Below are positions 27,699-36,641 of a stretch of 50,977 bases of DNA, in pieces (the first letter of the stretch is position 1; every line of letters begins with the position of its first letter). The DNA is taken from positions 1-50,977 of IMG/VR virus record IMGVR_UViG_3300024974_000003; one strand, written 5' to 3'. The translations under genes were made by a program, and so were the position numbers. Under the pieces are notes generated by a model. The model saw only the letters and a list, made by a program, of their open reading frames with translations. It was not told the origin of the DNA and did no database searches. The DNA is from a virus (taxonomy: Duplodnaviria; Caudoviricetes).

Positions 27699-27826
27699 TG
27701 TTTTTCCAACTGTCATTATGATACTTGTCACTTGGATGACTTTTGAAATAAAACCACAAAAAGCGAGCAAGAAAAATAAAAGCGGCTGCCGAAATTAAAA
27801 AGTCTGTAATTGTCATATATGCAAAT

Positions 27827-29032
27827 TTATTGGTTTATAACTTGAATGTTAATCTTCTTTAAAGCTTCATTTTTTCGCTTCTCCCTACCAACTAAATAAA
27901 CAGTTTCAGTAACATTTGTGGTATGAGATGCCATTCCTTTGGAAAAATTAAAAGCAGCATCTGAAGCTTTGTCTAGTTCGTCTAAGAACAAGTGTTTCAA
28001 AGCATAGAAATCAGCAGTCACATTGTATTTTTTCTTCACCCACCGTCTCCATCTTATGCTAATCTGACACGGTTGTATTGGAACTAATGAAGGTTTCAAC
28101 CCTCTTGTAAACAAGAAGTCATCATCATCGGTACACTCTTGGACAATTTCTGTCCAAAAAGATAAAACGTTTGGCAAAATTACTTTAATTACTTCCTTGC
28201 TAACGCTACCTTTCAATATCGTGACTTTATATTCCTGCTTGGACAGATTAACGTCTTTTTTCTGAACACGGAATAATTCAGCGGTTCTAGCTCCGGAGTG
28301 AAAAAAAATCATACCATACCTATAAAAAGTATAATTATCATTTTTCAAAATTTTAAATATTTTATTTAGTTCATCCAGTTCTAAAGTTTCACGGATTTTT
28401 TTAACTGTTTTTTTCTTTTTGATATCGCGAATTGGATTGTGAAAAACTATTCTTTTTTCCACTAAGTCAGAAAGAACAATCGACAAATGAGTGAGGAACT
28501 TATTATACTCATTATTAGTCAAACCTAAAGGATCAAGTAAATCACGGATGTGGCCACTATGAATTTCACAAATAGGAAATTCTAATTTCAAGTTTATTGC
28601 AGATTCCTCAACCTTGGCCACAATTCGCCTAAGTTCCTTTATCACACCTTCAGAAACCGATAACAAAGGATAAGCAATTTTTAGAGCTTCAGTAAAATTG
28701 AGTTTTGGGTGTAAAGTTCCTGGAACTGGTTTAAGTTCAGGAATCATGTACTTTTTAGTGATTGGGTTGTAACCCTTGTCTTCAAAAAGTTTGGGGATTT
28801 CCTTTAGCCAAGTTTCGATAACGGCTTTTCTGTCCTCCAGTGATCGGAACCGGTTTAGTTTTTTTCTGAATAGAAAGCCTTTAGGATACTTCTCTTTAAA
28901 TTTTGGGTCATAAAACTTGCATTCCACACGCCAGTCAAGTTTCAAAGATTTTTGAGAAGTCAATGTTTTCCAGTTCTCCGGATGTACCCATAGATCAGAG
29001 TACGCACAATCAAATAATAAATTTTTTGCCAT
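27827..29032 (-). CDS. int: Tyrosine integrase
   Basis: HSGARTAEL (R), ILKG (K), FYALKH, ASHT...VY catalytic boxes; adjacent to attP. Confidence 0.92.
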   Translation of the reverse strand: MAKNLLFDCAYSDLWVHPENWKTLTSQKSLKLDWRVECKFYDPKFKEKYPKGFLFRKKLNRFRSLEDRKAVIETWLKEIPKLFEDKGYNPITKKYMIPELKPVPGTLHPKLNFTEALKIAYPLLSVSEGVIKELRRIVAKVEESAINLKLEFPICEIHSGHIRDLLDPLGLTNNEYNKFLTHLSIVLSDLVEKRIVFHNPIRDIKKKKTVKKIRETLELDELNKIFKILKNDNYTFYRYGMIFFHSGARTAELFRVQKKDVNLSKQEYKVTILKGSVSKEVIKVILPNVLSFWTEIVQECTDDDDFLFTRGLKPSLVPIQPCQISIRWRRWVKKKYNVTADFYALKHLFLDELDKASDAAFNFSKGMASHTTNVTETVYLVGREKRKNEALKKINIQVINQ

Positions 29033-29046
29033 AATGTAATTACTTT

Positions 29047-29070
29047 AGGGTTGTCGGTAGGGTTGCCGAT
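29047..29070 (+). repeat. Tandem integrase arm-type site candidates
   Basis: AGGGTTGTCGGT AGGGTTGCCGAT; third copy GGGGTTGCCGGT at 29299-29310 on the other side of the core. Confidence 0.65.
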
Positions 29071-29104
29071 TTAAGTAATTACAAGCCGTAAGATTTTTTA
29101 TTAA

Positions 29105-29141
29105 AATCGTTAAACCCTTGTTGGGAGTGGGCTTAACGATT
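29105..29141 (-). terminator. Hairpin downstream of the tRNA fragment (replacement tRNA terminator)
   Basis: AATCGTTAAACCC...GGGCTTAACGATT. Confidence 0.55.
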
Positions 29142-29150
29142 GTTTTAATT

Positions 29151-29194
29151 TGTAGCGAGACCGAGATTTGAACTCGGGACCTCAGGGTTATGAA
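29151..29194 (-). other. attP: attP core: 3' half of tRNA-Met(CAT)
   Basis: Minus strand TTCATAA-CCCTG-AGGTC-CCGAG-TTCAAAT-CTCGG-TCTCGCT-ACA = anticodon loop, T arm and acceptor 3' strand; 5' half absent. Confidence 0.9.
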
Positions 29195-29344
29195 AACGAA
29201 AACTACCCTTTTATCCTATTGTAATTACTGTAAAATCAGGCTATTGATTATTTGTTTTTAGTCATATTCATTACTTTTTTATGTTTTTTGAATTTATTGG
29301 GGTTGCCGGTAAACCTTTTATGGTAACTCCTTTATTTATTTGGG

Positions 29345-29581
29345 TTAAGGAATATTAAAGATGTTTTTTTGAACGCCAAAAACCCAGTTGGCATTGACTT
29401 TATACTTTTTACAAATAGTTTCAATTTGCGATACTGTAAAATGATTAGTGCCTTTTTTAATTTTTGAAATTGTTTGCTCTTGCATTCCTATCTCTTTGCA
29501 AAAATCTTTTACATACGAAATTTGCTTTTGAAATATCAAAAGATCAATTAAGTGCATAATATTTTTGTCCGGAACGTTCAT
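29345..29581 (-). CDS. XRE-family HTH protein
   Basis: FCKEIGMQEQTISKIKKG...VNANWVFG. Confidence 0.85.
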   Translation of the reverse strand: MNVPDKNIMHLIDLLIFQKQISYVKDFCKEIGMQEQTISKIKKGTNHFTVSQIETICKKYKVNANWVFGVQKNIFNIP

Positions 29582-29582
29582 T

Positions 29583-29909
29583 TTACTTTAACAATCGTTT
29601 CTTTTGAGTATTAAATTCTTCTTGAGTTATAGCTCCACTATCCATTAGTGTTTTCAATTCCATTAATTCACTTGAAGCGGTTGTTTTTTGTGGTGTTGTA
29701 TAAAGAATTACAGCTTGAGTATCCGATAAGGCTCTCATTAAAGCAATTAGCCAACCCACTAAAGTCCATCCTAAAAATAGATTTATAATGAATACCGTGT
29801 TTTGATTTTGATTTTTTCTTTTTTTTGCGATTATTGTTGGTAAAAAATAGATTAAACCACAAATAATTACTCCAAATAATCCTAATAATAATATTCCTGT
29901 TCCACTCAT
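29583..29909 (-). CDS. Superinfection immunity protein (T4 Imm-like) with C-terminal SHOCT domain
   Basis: IYFLPTIIA...INLFLGWTLVGWLIAL and ELMELKTLMDSGAITQEEFNTQKKRLL. Confidence 0.85.
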   Translation of the reverse strand: MSGTGILLLGLFGVIICGLIYFLPTIIAKKRKNQNQNTVFIINLFLGWTLVGWLIALMRALSDTQAVILYTTPQKTTASSELMELKTLMDSGAITQEEFNTQKKRLLK

Positions 29910-29975
29910 AATATATTTGTTTAATTGATTACTTAATTTACAACGATAATTTTAATTGATTAATCCACACCACAT

Positions 29976-30401
29976 TTAACTTGTGCCGTTTTGTTTTTTT
30001 TGATGCCCTAATTCAAGGTCATATATTTTATTTTCCAGAAATTCTATTTTGTCTTTGTAAAATACAATTTGCTCATCTTTAAATTGTATTTCTTTCTTCA
30101 ACTCTAAATTTTCCTTTTTCAATCCGTAATCTTCTGTAGGCTCTGAAATTATAGATAAGACATTTGGTTGCTTATAATTTAAATCTTCAAAACCGTCTAA
30201 ATTGACATCAAACTTATCTATAATAGTTTGTAAAAACTTAGATGAAGGTTTGATTTTTCCATTTACATAAGGACTTATCGTCCCTTCTGAATAACCTGTT
30301 TTTCTTGATAAATCAGCAATAGGAAATTCCAAATTCAACTTTTCAAGTAAAAAGGTGAGTTTTTTAAAATTCATATCTTTTTGATTATCAGAAGCATTCA
30401 T
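29976..30401 (-). CDS. CI-like repressor (HTH plus coiled coil, no S24 peptidase)
   Basis: IADLSRKTGYSEGTISPYVNGKIKPS; divergent from the cro-like gene. Confidence 0.8.
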   Translation of the reverse strand: MNASDNQKDMNFKKLTFLLEKLNLEFPIADLSRKTGYSEGTISPYVNGKIKPSSKFLQTIIDKFDVNLDGFEDLNYKQPNVLSIISEPTEDYGLKKENLELKKEIQFKDEQIVFYKDKIEFLENKIYDLELGHQKKQNGTS

Positions 30402-30435
30402 TGTTGCAAAAATTATTTTATAAAAAATTAGAAAA

Positions 30436-30480
30436 AACTTAGTATATAATTTGGTACTTAGTAAATACTTTGTATATTTG
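30436..30480 (+). promoter_or_regulatory. Early rightward promoter with three operator-like 9-mers
   Basis: TTTG(30450)-19 nt-TATATTTG(30473); AACTTAGTA, TACTTAGTA, TACTTTGTA. Confidence 0.7.
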
Positions 30481-30512
30481 TAAATAATTACGAACGAAAT
30501 TAGGTAAATAAA

Positions 30513-30740
30513 ATGAAAGTATCACAATTAATCTTAGAAAAAATCAAAAATGACAGAGAGTTCCGTCAATATACGGCTCTTGCATTAGGAGTTACTGAAA
30601 GGAATGTAGAAATTTTAGGCACAAATAATTCAGACAACTTGACAAAATATGCTGCCGTAAAATTCTACAAAAGCACGGGGTTAAAAGAAAAGGACATTTT
30701 CGAAGAGGAGCTAATTCATAAATCACTTTCTAATAATTAG
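30513..30740 (+). CDS. Cro-like small HTH protein
   Basis: TALALGVTERNVE helix-turn-helix; first early gene. Confidence 0.7.
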   Translation: MKVSQLILEKIKNDREFRQYTALALGVTERNVEILGTNNSDNLTKYAAVKFYKSTGLKEKDIFEEELIHKSLSNN

Positions 30741-30744
30741 AAAA

Positions 30745-30969
30745 ATGAATAGACTTCAAAAAATAGCATTCATAAAAAGAGAGGCAAGAGAGTTAGAAAC
30801 TCAGGAGCAGCTTTTTATACAAGGATTAAGTTCGATTACAAGCCGTAAGAGATACTTAGAATTGGAGTTAGCGGAATTGGGAGCCGTTAACTCCGCCCCT
30901 CGGGGTAAATTATCAAATGTTCTCACAGAAAAACAAAAACTTGACATTATTGGTAGTTTGACAAAATAG
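30745..30969 (+). CDS. Hypothetical protein
   Basis: ORF in early operon. Confidence 0.65.
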   Translation: MNRLQKIAFIKREARELETQEQLFIQGLSSITSRKRYLELELAELGAVNSAPRGKLSNVLTEKQKLDIIGSLTK

Positions 30970-30972
30970 AAA

Positions 30973-30995
30973 AAGGCACTGGTTAGAGTGCCTTA
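30973..30995 (+). terminator. tR1-like hairpin
   Basis: AAGGCACT-GGTTAG-AGTGCCTT. Confidence 0.5.
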
Positions 30996-31054
30996 ATACA
31001 ATCAAATTTCAGTTACCGAGTAAATAACTAAAAACTTTTAGAGACAACAAAAGT

Positions 31055-31564
31055 ATGGAAAATTCAATACAAAAAGTAGAAAATTGGAAAATAATTGATG
31101 GTTATCAAACCTATGAAGTAAGCATCACTGGATTAGTAAGAAGTTCAAACTACAAAACACAAAGAATTTTAAAGGCTTCAATATCAAATGAAGGCTATTT
31201 AATGATAAAGTTGAGTAAAAATGGAATTTTAAAAAATCTAACAATACACAGAATTGTTGCATCCCATTTCGTTTCAAATCCTGATAACAAATCTTATGTA
31301 AATCACATAAACGGAATCAAAACCGACAATCGAGCAGAAAATTTAGAATGGAATTCTCCAAAAGAAAATATCCATCATTCTTGGAAAAATGGACTAAGCC
31401 AATCTTTAAAAGGTGAAAAGCACCATCAATCTAAACTTACTAAAAGTCAAGTTTTAGAAATCAGAAATAGCAGTTTAAAACAAAAAGATTTAGCTGTTAT
31501 TTATGGAATTAGTAAAACAGTAATTAGTGACATAAAAAACAACAAGTTATGGAAACACTTATGA
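31055..31564 (+). CDS. NUMOD4-HNH homing endonuclease
   Basis: ENWKII.GY..YEVS..G.VRS; IHRIVA..F; VNHINGIKTDNRAENLEW. Confidence 0.92.
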   Translation: MENSIQKVENWKIIDGYQTYEVSITGLVRSSNYKTQRILKASISNEGYLMIKLSKNGILKNLTIHRIVASHFVSNPDNKSYVNHINGIKTDNRAENLEWNSPKENIHHSWKNGLSQSLKGEKHHQSKLTKSQVLEIRNSSLKQKDLAVIYGISKTVISDIKNNKLWKHL

Positions 31565-31839
31565 AAACTACAAGATTAAAAACTTTAGAAAGCAGATATG
31601 ATTTACTGCTTGAAGCGAATAACACTTTTCACTATACACAAAGTGGAAATCCAAAAACAGCAAAGTATTTCAAAGTTTTGCTAAGAATCAAAGAACTAAT
31701 TGCTATCGAAAGAATGGTTGGAAGAGCAATCAATTTGAAAGCAAAATCAAGAGTTCGTCAAGGATTTTTGAATCCACAAAACGGACTAACAATGACCGAC
31801 TTGTTTAACCTAACATCCCCGGACTATGCTACTAAATAG
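31549..31839 (+). CDS. Hypothetical protein
   Basis: Overlapping ORF chain. Confidence 0.6.
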   Translation: METLMKTTRLKTLESRYDLLLEANNTFHYTQSGNPKTAKYFKVLLRIKELIAIERMVGRAINLKAKSRVRQGFLNPQNGLTMTDLFNLTSPDYATK

Positions 31840-31969
31840 AAAATTCAGAGAACGAGTAAAAGAAATCATTTCGGATCCAGCATTTGAAAAACCAATTTCA
31901 AATTTAACTCAAGATTATTCTAAAAAAGGAAACATCATTTTAGTAACAAGAATCAAAATATATAATTAA
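31826..31969 (+). CDS. Small protein (47 aa), not in ORF track
   Basis: Fills gap; TAATG overlap with the next gene. Confidence 0.5.
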   Translation: MLLNRKFRERVKEIISDPAFEKPISNLTQDYSKKGNIILVTRIKIYN

Positions 31970-32193
31970 TGTCCATCGAAATTAAAGACGTTTATAAAAC
32001 TCCTTCAGGAAAATTTTTGCAGGTAGTTCAAATCAAAGAAAGTGGTTTTCATCACTTTATTGAAATCCAAGACAATCTAAATAGACTTCCAATGCCAGAG
32101 ATAAGAAACAAATTTGGACACGTAACCCGAAGAGTAAAGCTAGTCTATTCAGAAGAAACAATATCAACTTTCAAAAAATTGAAATCATTATGA
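31969..32193 (+). CDS. Hypothetical protein
   Basis: Coupled ORF. Confidence 0.65.
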   Translation: MSIEIKDVYKTPSGKFLQVVQIKESGFHHFIEIQDNLNRLPMPEIRNKFGHVTRRVKLVYSEETISTFKKLKSL

Positions 32194-32354
32194 AAATAGT
32201 AATAAATAGAAAAGATGGTAAATGGCTAGTAAACGGCAAACAATATGTCGATTTAGCAGGAGAAGAAAAACAATTCTTTGACGAGTTTATCCTCGCAATG
32301 AGGTGGCAATACGAGTGTGAGCAATTCGATAAACGATTAAAAAAAGCATCATGA
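32190..32354 (+). CDS. Small protein (54 aa, MKIVINRKDGKWLVNGK...), not in ORF track
   Basis: ATGA overlaps at both ends. Confidence 0.6.
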   Translation: MKIVINRKDGKWLVNGKQYVDLAGEEKQFFDEFILAMRWQYECEQFDKRLKKAS

Positions 32355-32476
32355 ATTACGACAACGAAAGAACCAATAGAGTGTTTTCACTTTTTTTAAT
32401 CGGTGTAATGATTGCCTTTTTAATCGGTGGAATTTTTGGAGTAATAGTAACAATTTTAATAGAGAAAATACAATAA
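32351..32476 (+). CDS. Small single-TM protein (41 aa), not in ORF track
   Basis: ATGA overlap; long hydrophobic stretch. Confidence 0.55.
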   Translation: MNYDNERTNRVFSLFLIGVMIAFLIGGIFGVIVTILIEKIQ

Positions 32477-32494
32477 CAATCAAATTTTAGAAAA

Positions 32495-33595
32495 ATGAGT
32501 AAAGCAAAACCTTTCAATTTAGAAACCATAGAGGTTTCAATGCTTCCAGAATTACAAGGCTGGAAAGAAAAACAAGAAGCTATCGTAAAAGAAAATCCTT
32601 TTGTTGCAATTACAGATAATAAAACTTACGAAGAGGCAAAGAAAGCAAGAACTACACTGGTTAGTGCAAGAACTACAATTGAAAAGCAAGAAAGACTAAT
32701 TGCTTCAAAACTAAAAGATTTTCGAACAAAAGTAGGTGACTTTAGTAGTCAACTTATTACTATCACTCTTGAGCACGAAAATAAACAACAAGAAGAGGTT
32801 CGTAGATATGAAGCTCAAAAAGAAGCTGAACGCCTTGAAAAGGAAAGAAAGGACCAGGAGAGAAAGGATTTGATAGCTTCAAAAATTGATGCTTTCTATT
32901 TGACTTCAAAATCAGTTATTGAAAGTATGACTTTTCAAGGAATCGAAACTTTTAAAATTAGTTTTGAGGAAAATTTAGAGAAAACTGATGTTACTCAATT
33001 TGAAGAATTTGAATTACAATTTGCTTCAAAAGTACAGCTTCTTAAACAACAGTTAGAAGACAAAATCCAAGTCCTTACCGAAAAGGAAAACCAACGAATT
33101 GAAGCTGAAAGACTAGCCAAAGAAAAAGCAGAATTTGAAGCCGAAAAAAAGGCGAAAGAAGAAGCTGATAGAAAAGAGCGTGAGGAACGTGAGGCAAAAC
33201 AAAAAGCTATCGATGATGCTAATGCAAAAAGACAGGAAGAGTTGGATGCAAAGCAAAAAGCGATTGACGATGCCGAAGCTAAACGCAAAGCTGAAATCGA
33301 AGCAGAAGAGAAAGCTAAAGAAGTTGTTACTCCTATAGTAGAAGAGGTGGCTTCTGAAACTAAAGAAGAGCCGGAAGTTGACATAACAACATCAGAGGAA
33401 GTTCAGAAAGTATTTAAAAATCTTGCTTCAAAAAACCTATCTATTTCAGATTACATAAACGGTAGAGCTTGTTTGAAAAACTCTAACGATGAGATTGTTT
33501 TCTCATTCAAATTACATCAAGGCATTGAAACACATATCTGTTTAAAAATGGCTTTAAACGAATTCTCAACACTAAAAAATCAAATATTTAATTAA
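32495..33595 (+). CDS. Coiled-coil protein of the recombination module
   Basis: TYEEAKKARTTLVSARTTIEK followed by E/K/A-rich coil; precedes the exonuclease. Confidence 0.7.
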   Translation: MSKAKPFNLETIEVSMLPELQGWKEKQEAIVKENPFVAITDNKTYEEAKKARTTLVSARTTIEKQERLIASKLKDFRTKVGDFSSQLITITLEHENKQQEEVRRYEAQKEAERLEKERKDQERKDLIASKIDAFYLTSKSVIESMTFQGIETFKISFEENLEKTDVTQFEEFELQFASKVQLLKQQLEDKIQVLTEKENQRIEAERLAKEKAEFEAEKKAKEEADRKEREEREAKQKAIDDANAKRQEELDAKQKAIDDAEAKRKAEIEAEEKAKEVVTPIVEEVASETKEEPEVDITTSEEVQKVFKNLASKNLSISDYINGRACLKNSNDEIVFSFKLHQGIETHICLKMALNEFSTLKNQIFN

Positions 33596-33624
33596 TCACG
33601 AGTAATCAATAAACATTAGAAATT

Positions 33625-34014
33625 ATGGCAACAGAAGTAGAAAAAGCAGCAGGAGCTGAAGTAACATTTTTTATTCCAGACACAGAGAGTTTAGGAACGT
33701 TACAAACTTTAGAACCAAAGTTCAGTTTGAACTTAAAATACAAGTCATCAGATGACTGGGCGGCACTTAAAGACAAACCTCTAAAAGTATTCTTTATGGG
33801 AATGAAAGATATTCCAAATGAAGCTGGAGAAGCTGTTAAGTGTGGAGTGTTCATTTCAGAAAAGGAATGTTTCATTTCAGGTCAGATGACTTTGGTTGAA
33901 TCAGTAAAAAACTTACCGATTAAAACACCAGTTCAAATCACATACAGAGGTAAGAAAAACAACAAATCAACTGACGGAATTACAATGTTGTTTGATGTTG
34001 AAAAATTAGGATAA
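33625..34014 (+). CDS. Hypothetical protein, possible OB-fold ssDNA-binding protein
   Basis: PVQITYRGKK...FDV C-terminus; coupled to the exonuclease. Confidence 0.5.
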   Translation: MATEVEKAAGAEVTFFIPDTESLGTLQTLEPKFSLNLKYKSSDDWAALKDKPLKVFFMGMKDIPNEAGEAVKCGVFISEKECFISGQMTLVESVKNLPIKTPVQITYRGKKNNKSTDGITMLFDVEKLG

Positions 34015-34718
34015 TGGTAACACTTCCTGAATTTTCAGAAAATGAAGTAAAAGAATTTGAGAGCCTCGATTTTGAGGTTCTCAAATCTCTAAAAGGCAAA
34101 GAGGATGAGTGGCTGGAACAACGCAAAGGAAAGTTTACAGCATCTGAATTTGTGAGGTTGATGGGTTATGAGGATAAGGATGTTTTTCCTGATGGTGCGA
34201 TAACCTATGTGACCGAGAAGGTACTTGAAGTTGTTACAACAAACGAAAACAGACAACTCTCAACTCATTCTGTTGAATGGGGAAAAGACACAGAGATTGA
34301 AGCTGTAGAAAAGTTCGTTGAAAAGTATGGTTTTGAAGTTCATAATTATGGAGATGACCAACAATATGTTGAACTGACAAAAGATGTAGGATGTACGCCT
34401 GATGGTTTAATAGATAAGGATTTCGGAATTGAAACCAAATGTCCAGACAGTAAAACGCATTTACATTATTTGGAAAACTTAACACTTGATAATTTCAAAA
34501 AAGAATGTACAAAGTATTACTGGCAAATTCAAGGCTCAATGTATATCACAGGTCGTAAGGCTTGGTTTTTTATCAGTTATGATCCTCGATTTAAAAATGT
34601 AGCTAAACGCCTTTTTGTTTTGGAAATTGAAAGAAATGACATTGATATTTCAAAGCTTGAAAAGAGATTAACCGAAGCAATCAAAAGAAAAAAACAAAGA
34701 CTAAAAGCATTTGAATAG
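34014..34718 (+). CDS. YqaJ / lambda-exonuclease family protein
   Basis: WLEQRKGKFTASE, WGKDTE, GCTPDGL, IETKCP, YYWQIQG. Confidence 0.93.
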   Translation: MVTLPEFSENEVKEFESLDFEVLKSLKGKEDEWLEQRKGKFTASEFVRLMGYEDKDVFPDGAITYVTEKVLEVVTTNENRQLSTHSVEWGKDTEIEAVEKFVEKYGFEVHNYGDDQQYVELTKDVGCTPDGLIDKDFGIETKCPDSKTHLHYLENLTLDNFKKECTKYYWQIQGSMYITGRKAWFFISYDPRFKNVAKRLFVLEIERNDIDISKLEKRLTEAIKRKKQRLKAFE

Positions 34719-35203
34719 TGGCAATTACTCCCAGAAAAATATCAGTTCAGACAGAAGTCGAAAACGGAAAGTTTATTGAAAACAGAGACTTGATTGTAAA
34801 TGCTATTGGCGTTTACGAAGGAAAAAAAGTAACTGTTACCGTCGAAAGATATTACAAGAAAAGAAGCAATAAGCAAAACAACTATTACTGGGGAGTTATT
34901 GTTGAACATTGGAAAAATATAATTCGCCAGGAGTGGGGAGAAATTTGGACCATAGATGAGGTACACGATTTTTTGAAAGGAAATCTGAATTTCGATGTAG
35001 TTGTTGATACCGAAACTGGAGAATTGGCAATTAATCCAATTACAAAAAATGTTATTAGAAAGCCAAAGTCAACATCAAAGAATACCACATTTAGTCAGGA
35101 AGAGTATCACGAAGCAGCAAGGCAGTTAGCTTGGGAAATGTTTCAGTACACAATTCCATTACCAAACGAAGATTTAGAACAACCAATTGATGTAAAATTT
35201 TAA
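34718..35203 (+). CDS. NinB-like protein
   Basis: KRSNKQNNYYWG, EVHDFLK, STSK motifs. Confidence 0.7.
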   Translation: MAITPRKISVQTEVENGKFIENRDLIVNAIGVYEGKKVTVTVERYYKKRSNKQNNYYWGVIVEHWKNIIRQEWGEIWTIDEVHDFLKGNLNFDVVVDTETGELAINPITKNVIRKPKSTSKNTTFSQEEYHEAARQLAWEMFQYTIPLPNEDLEQPIDVKF

Positions 35204-35496
35204 TGAATAGTTACAGAACATCAACTGGAGAAAAGTTCACACAAAGTCAGATTGAAAAGAAAATTACAGAAGCTAAAGCAAAAGTTTTGCAAAATCAAAT
35301 TGATGAGTATGACTATAATTTTTGCGAACAATGTGGACGAAATGCTTCAGGAACTAGATTAGATTGTTCTCACGATATATCGGTCAAAAGAGCAAAGGAA
35401 GAGGGTAAAACAGAACAATGTTGGGATGTTAAAAATATCATCATTCGTTGTAGAAGTTGCCATCAAAAACACGATAAACTGAATTTACAATTTTAA
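35203..35496 (+). CDS. NinG/HNH-like zinc nuclease
   Basis: CEQCG...LDCSH...NI...CRSCH. Confidence 0.7.
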   Translation: MNSYRTSTGEKFTQSQIEKKITEAKAKVLQNQIDEYDYNFCEQCGRNASGTRLDCSHDISVKRAKEEGKTEQCWDVKNIIIRCRSCHQKHDKLNLQF

Positions 35497-35506
35497 AATA
35501 AAATTT

Positions 35507-35797
35507 ATGAAGCAGCTAGATATTTTCGATGATTTGCCATTACCAAAAAGTAATACTCAAGAAGTCTTATTTACTTTAATTCAGCAAGGGGAGGTTTCAA
35601 TAATGGACTTTCCTTATTTATCAGGATTTAGAACTAGGGTTTCAGAATTGCAAAATTCACATAATCTAAAATTATCAAAAAAGATGATTTTAAAGAAAAA
35701 CAAGTTTGGAAATGTCTTTCAATATGCTAAGCATATTTTGAATGATAACAACAAACAAAGAGCCGTTGAACTTTATAAAAAATTAATCAATAACTAA
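35507..35797 (+). CDS. Winged-HTH-like protein
   Basis: FRTRVSEL motif. Confidence 0.55.
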   Translation: MKQLDIFDDLPLPKSNTQEVLFTLIQQGEVSIMDFPYLSGFRTRVSELQNSHNLKLSKKMILKKNKFGNVFQYAKHILNDNNKQRAVELYKKLINN

Positions 35798-35799
35798 AA

Positions 35800-36330
35800 A
35801 TGGAAATCGTAAAAAATTATTTACCAGCAACAATCGAATTTACAGCAAAAACAAGTGAGGTTCCGGAAAGTCTTGGAACGTTTGAAAATGCAGAAGATGT
35901 ACAAAAATTTATGAGTGAAAACTTCATAGCAATGCCAAAGCAAATAGAGACTTATCGTTTGCTGGATGAGTATGAAAAAGAACATATCAGAAATGAGTAC
36001 ATCACAGAGTTAGAAGAAAATTATCCACAGTACCACAATCAACTTATTGAAAGAGCATCAGAAACTGTGAGCGCATCTTTTAATAAAATCGAAGCTTTAT
36101 CCAAAGAAGTTAAAAAAGGAATTGCAGAAATTAATCTTGATCCTGCAACAACTTACGAAGTTGCTCTAAATGGAAATTACTATTACTACACCTGGATTAA
36201 TGCTGAATTGAAATTAGCAAAAGTAAGAAAAATTCCAGACCACGAGGTGAGTGATTTGTTCAATTCAAGTGAGAGAAATAAAACGTATTTCGAAGAGTTG
36301 AAAAATCCAAAAAAGGCGGCTAAAAAATAA
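35800..36330 (+). CDS. Hypothetical protein
   Basis: 176-aa ORF in early operon. Confidence 0.7.
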   Translation: MEIVKNYLPATIEFTAKTSEVPESLGTFENAEDVQKFMSENFIAMPKQIETYRLLDEYEKEHIRNEYITELEENYPQYHNQLIERASETVSASFNKIEALSKEVKKGIAEINLDPATTYEVALNGNYYYYTWINAELKLAKVRKIPDHEVSDLFNSSERNKTYFEELKNPKKAAKK

Positions 36331-36641
36331 TGTCGAGACTTCAACATAAAAAAGGCAGACCAACCAACTACAGAAAATCTTTGAAATCCAATCCCTATTG
36401 GGAGGAAGTTAAAGCAAAAGTAAGATTAAGAGATAATTTCAAATGTGTGGACTGTAGTTCAATCATTCGATTAGAAACTCATCACATAACTTACTATGTA
36501 AATGGAAAATCAATTGTAGGGCTTGAATTAGAGCATCTGTGTTGGTTGGTCACTCTTTGTGAAGATTGTCACGAAAAGGCGCACAAAACTCCAAATAATC
36601 GGTTTAATCCGAGTAATAGAAACAAAGTAAAAATTAACTAA
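36330..36641 (+). CDS. HNH endonuclease
   Basis: RDNFKCVDC...LETHHITY...LVTLCEDCH. Confidence 0.88.
   Translation: MSRLQHKKGRPTNYRKSLKSNPYWEEVKAKVRLRDNFKCVDCSSIIRLETHHITYYVNGKSIVGLELEHLCWLVTLCEDCHEKAHKTPNNRFNPSNRNKVKIN

Noticed and set aside
27641-27816. Scattered TGTCA/TGACA pentamers between hicB and int
   Set aside because: Too short and irregularly spaced to distinguish from chance
29151-29194. Functional tRNA-Met gene
   Set aside because: Only the 3' half is present; no D arm or 5' acceptor strand, so it is the attP core
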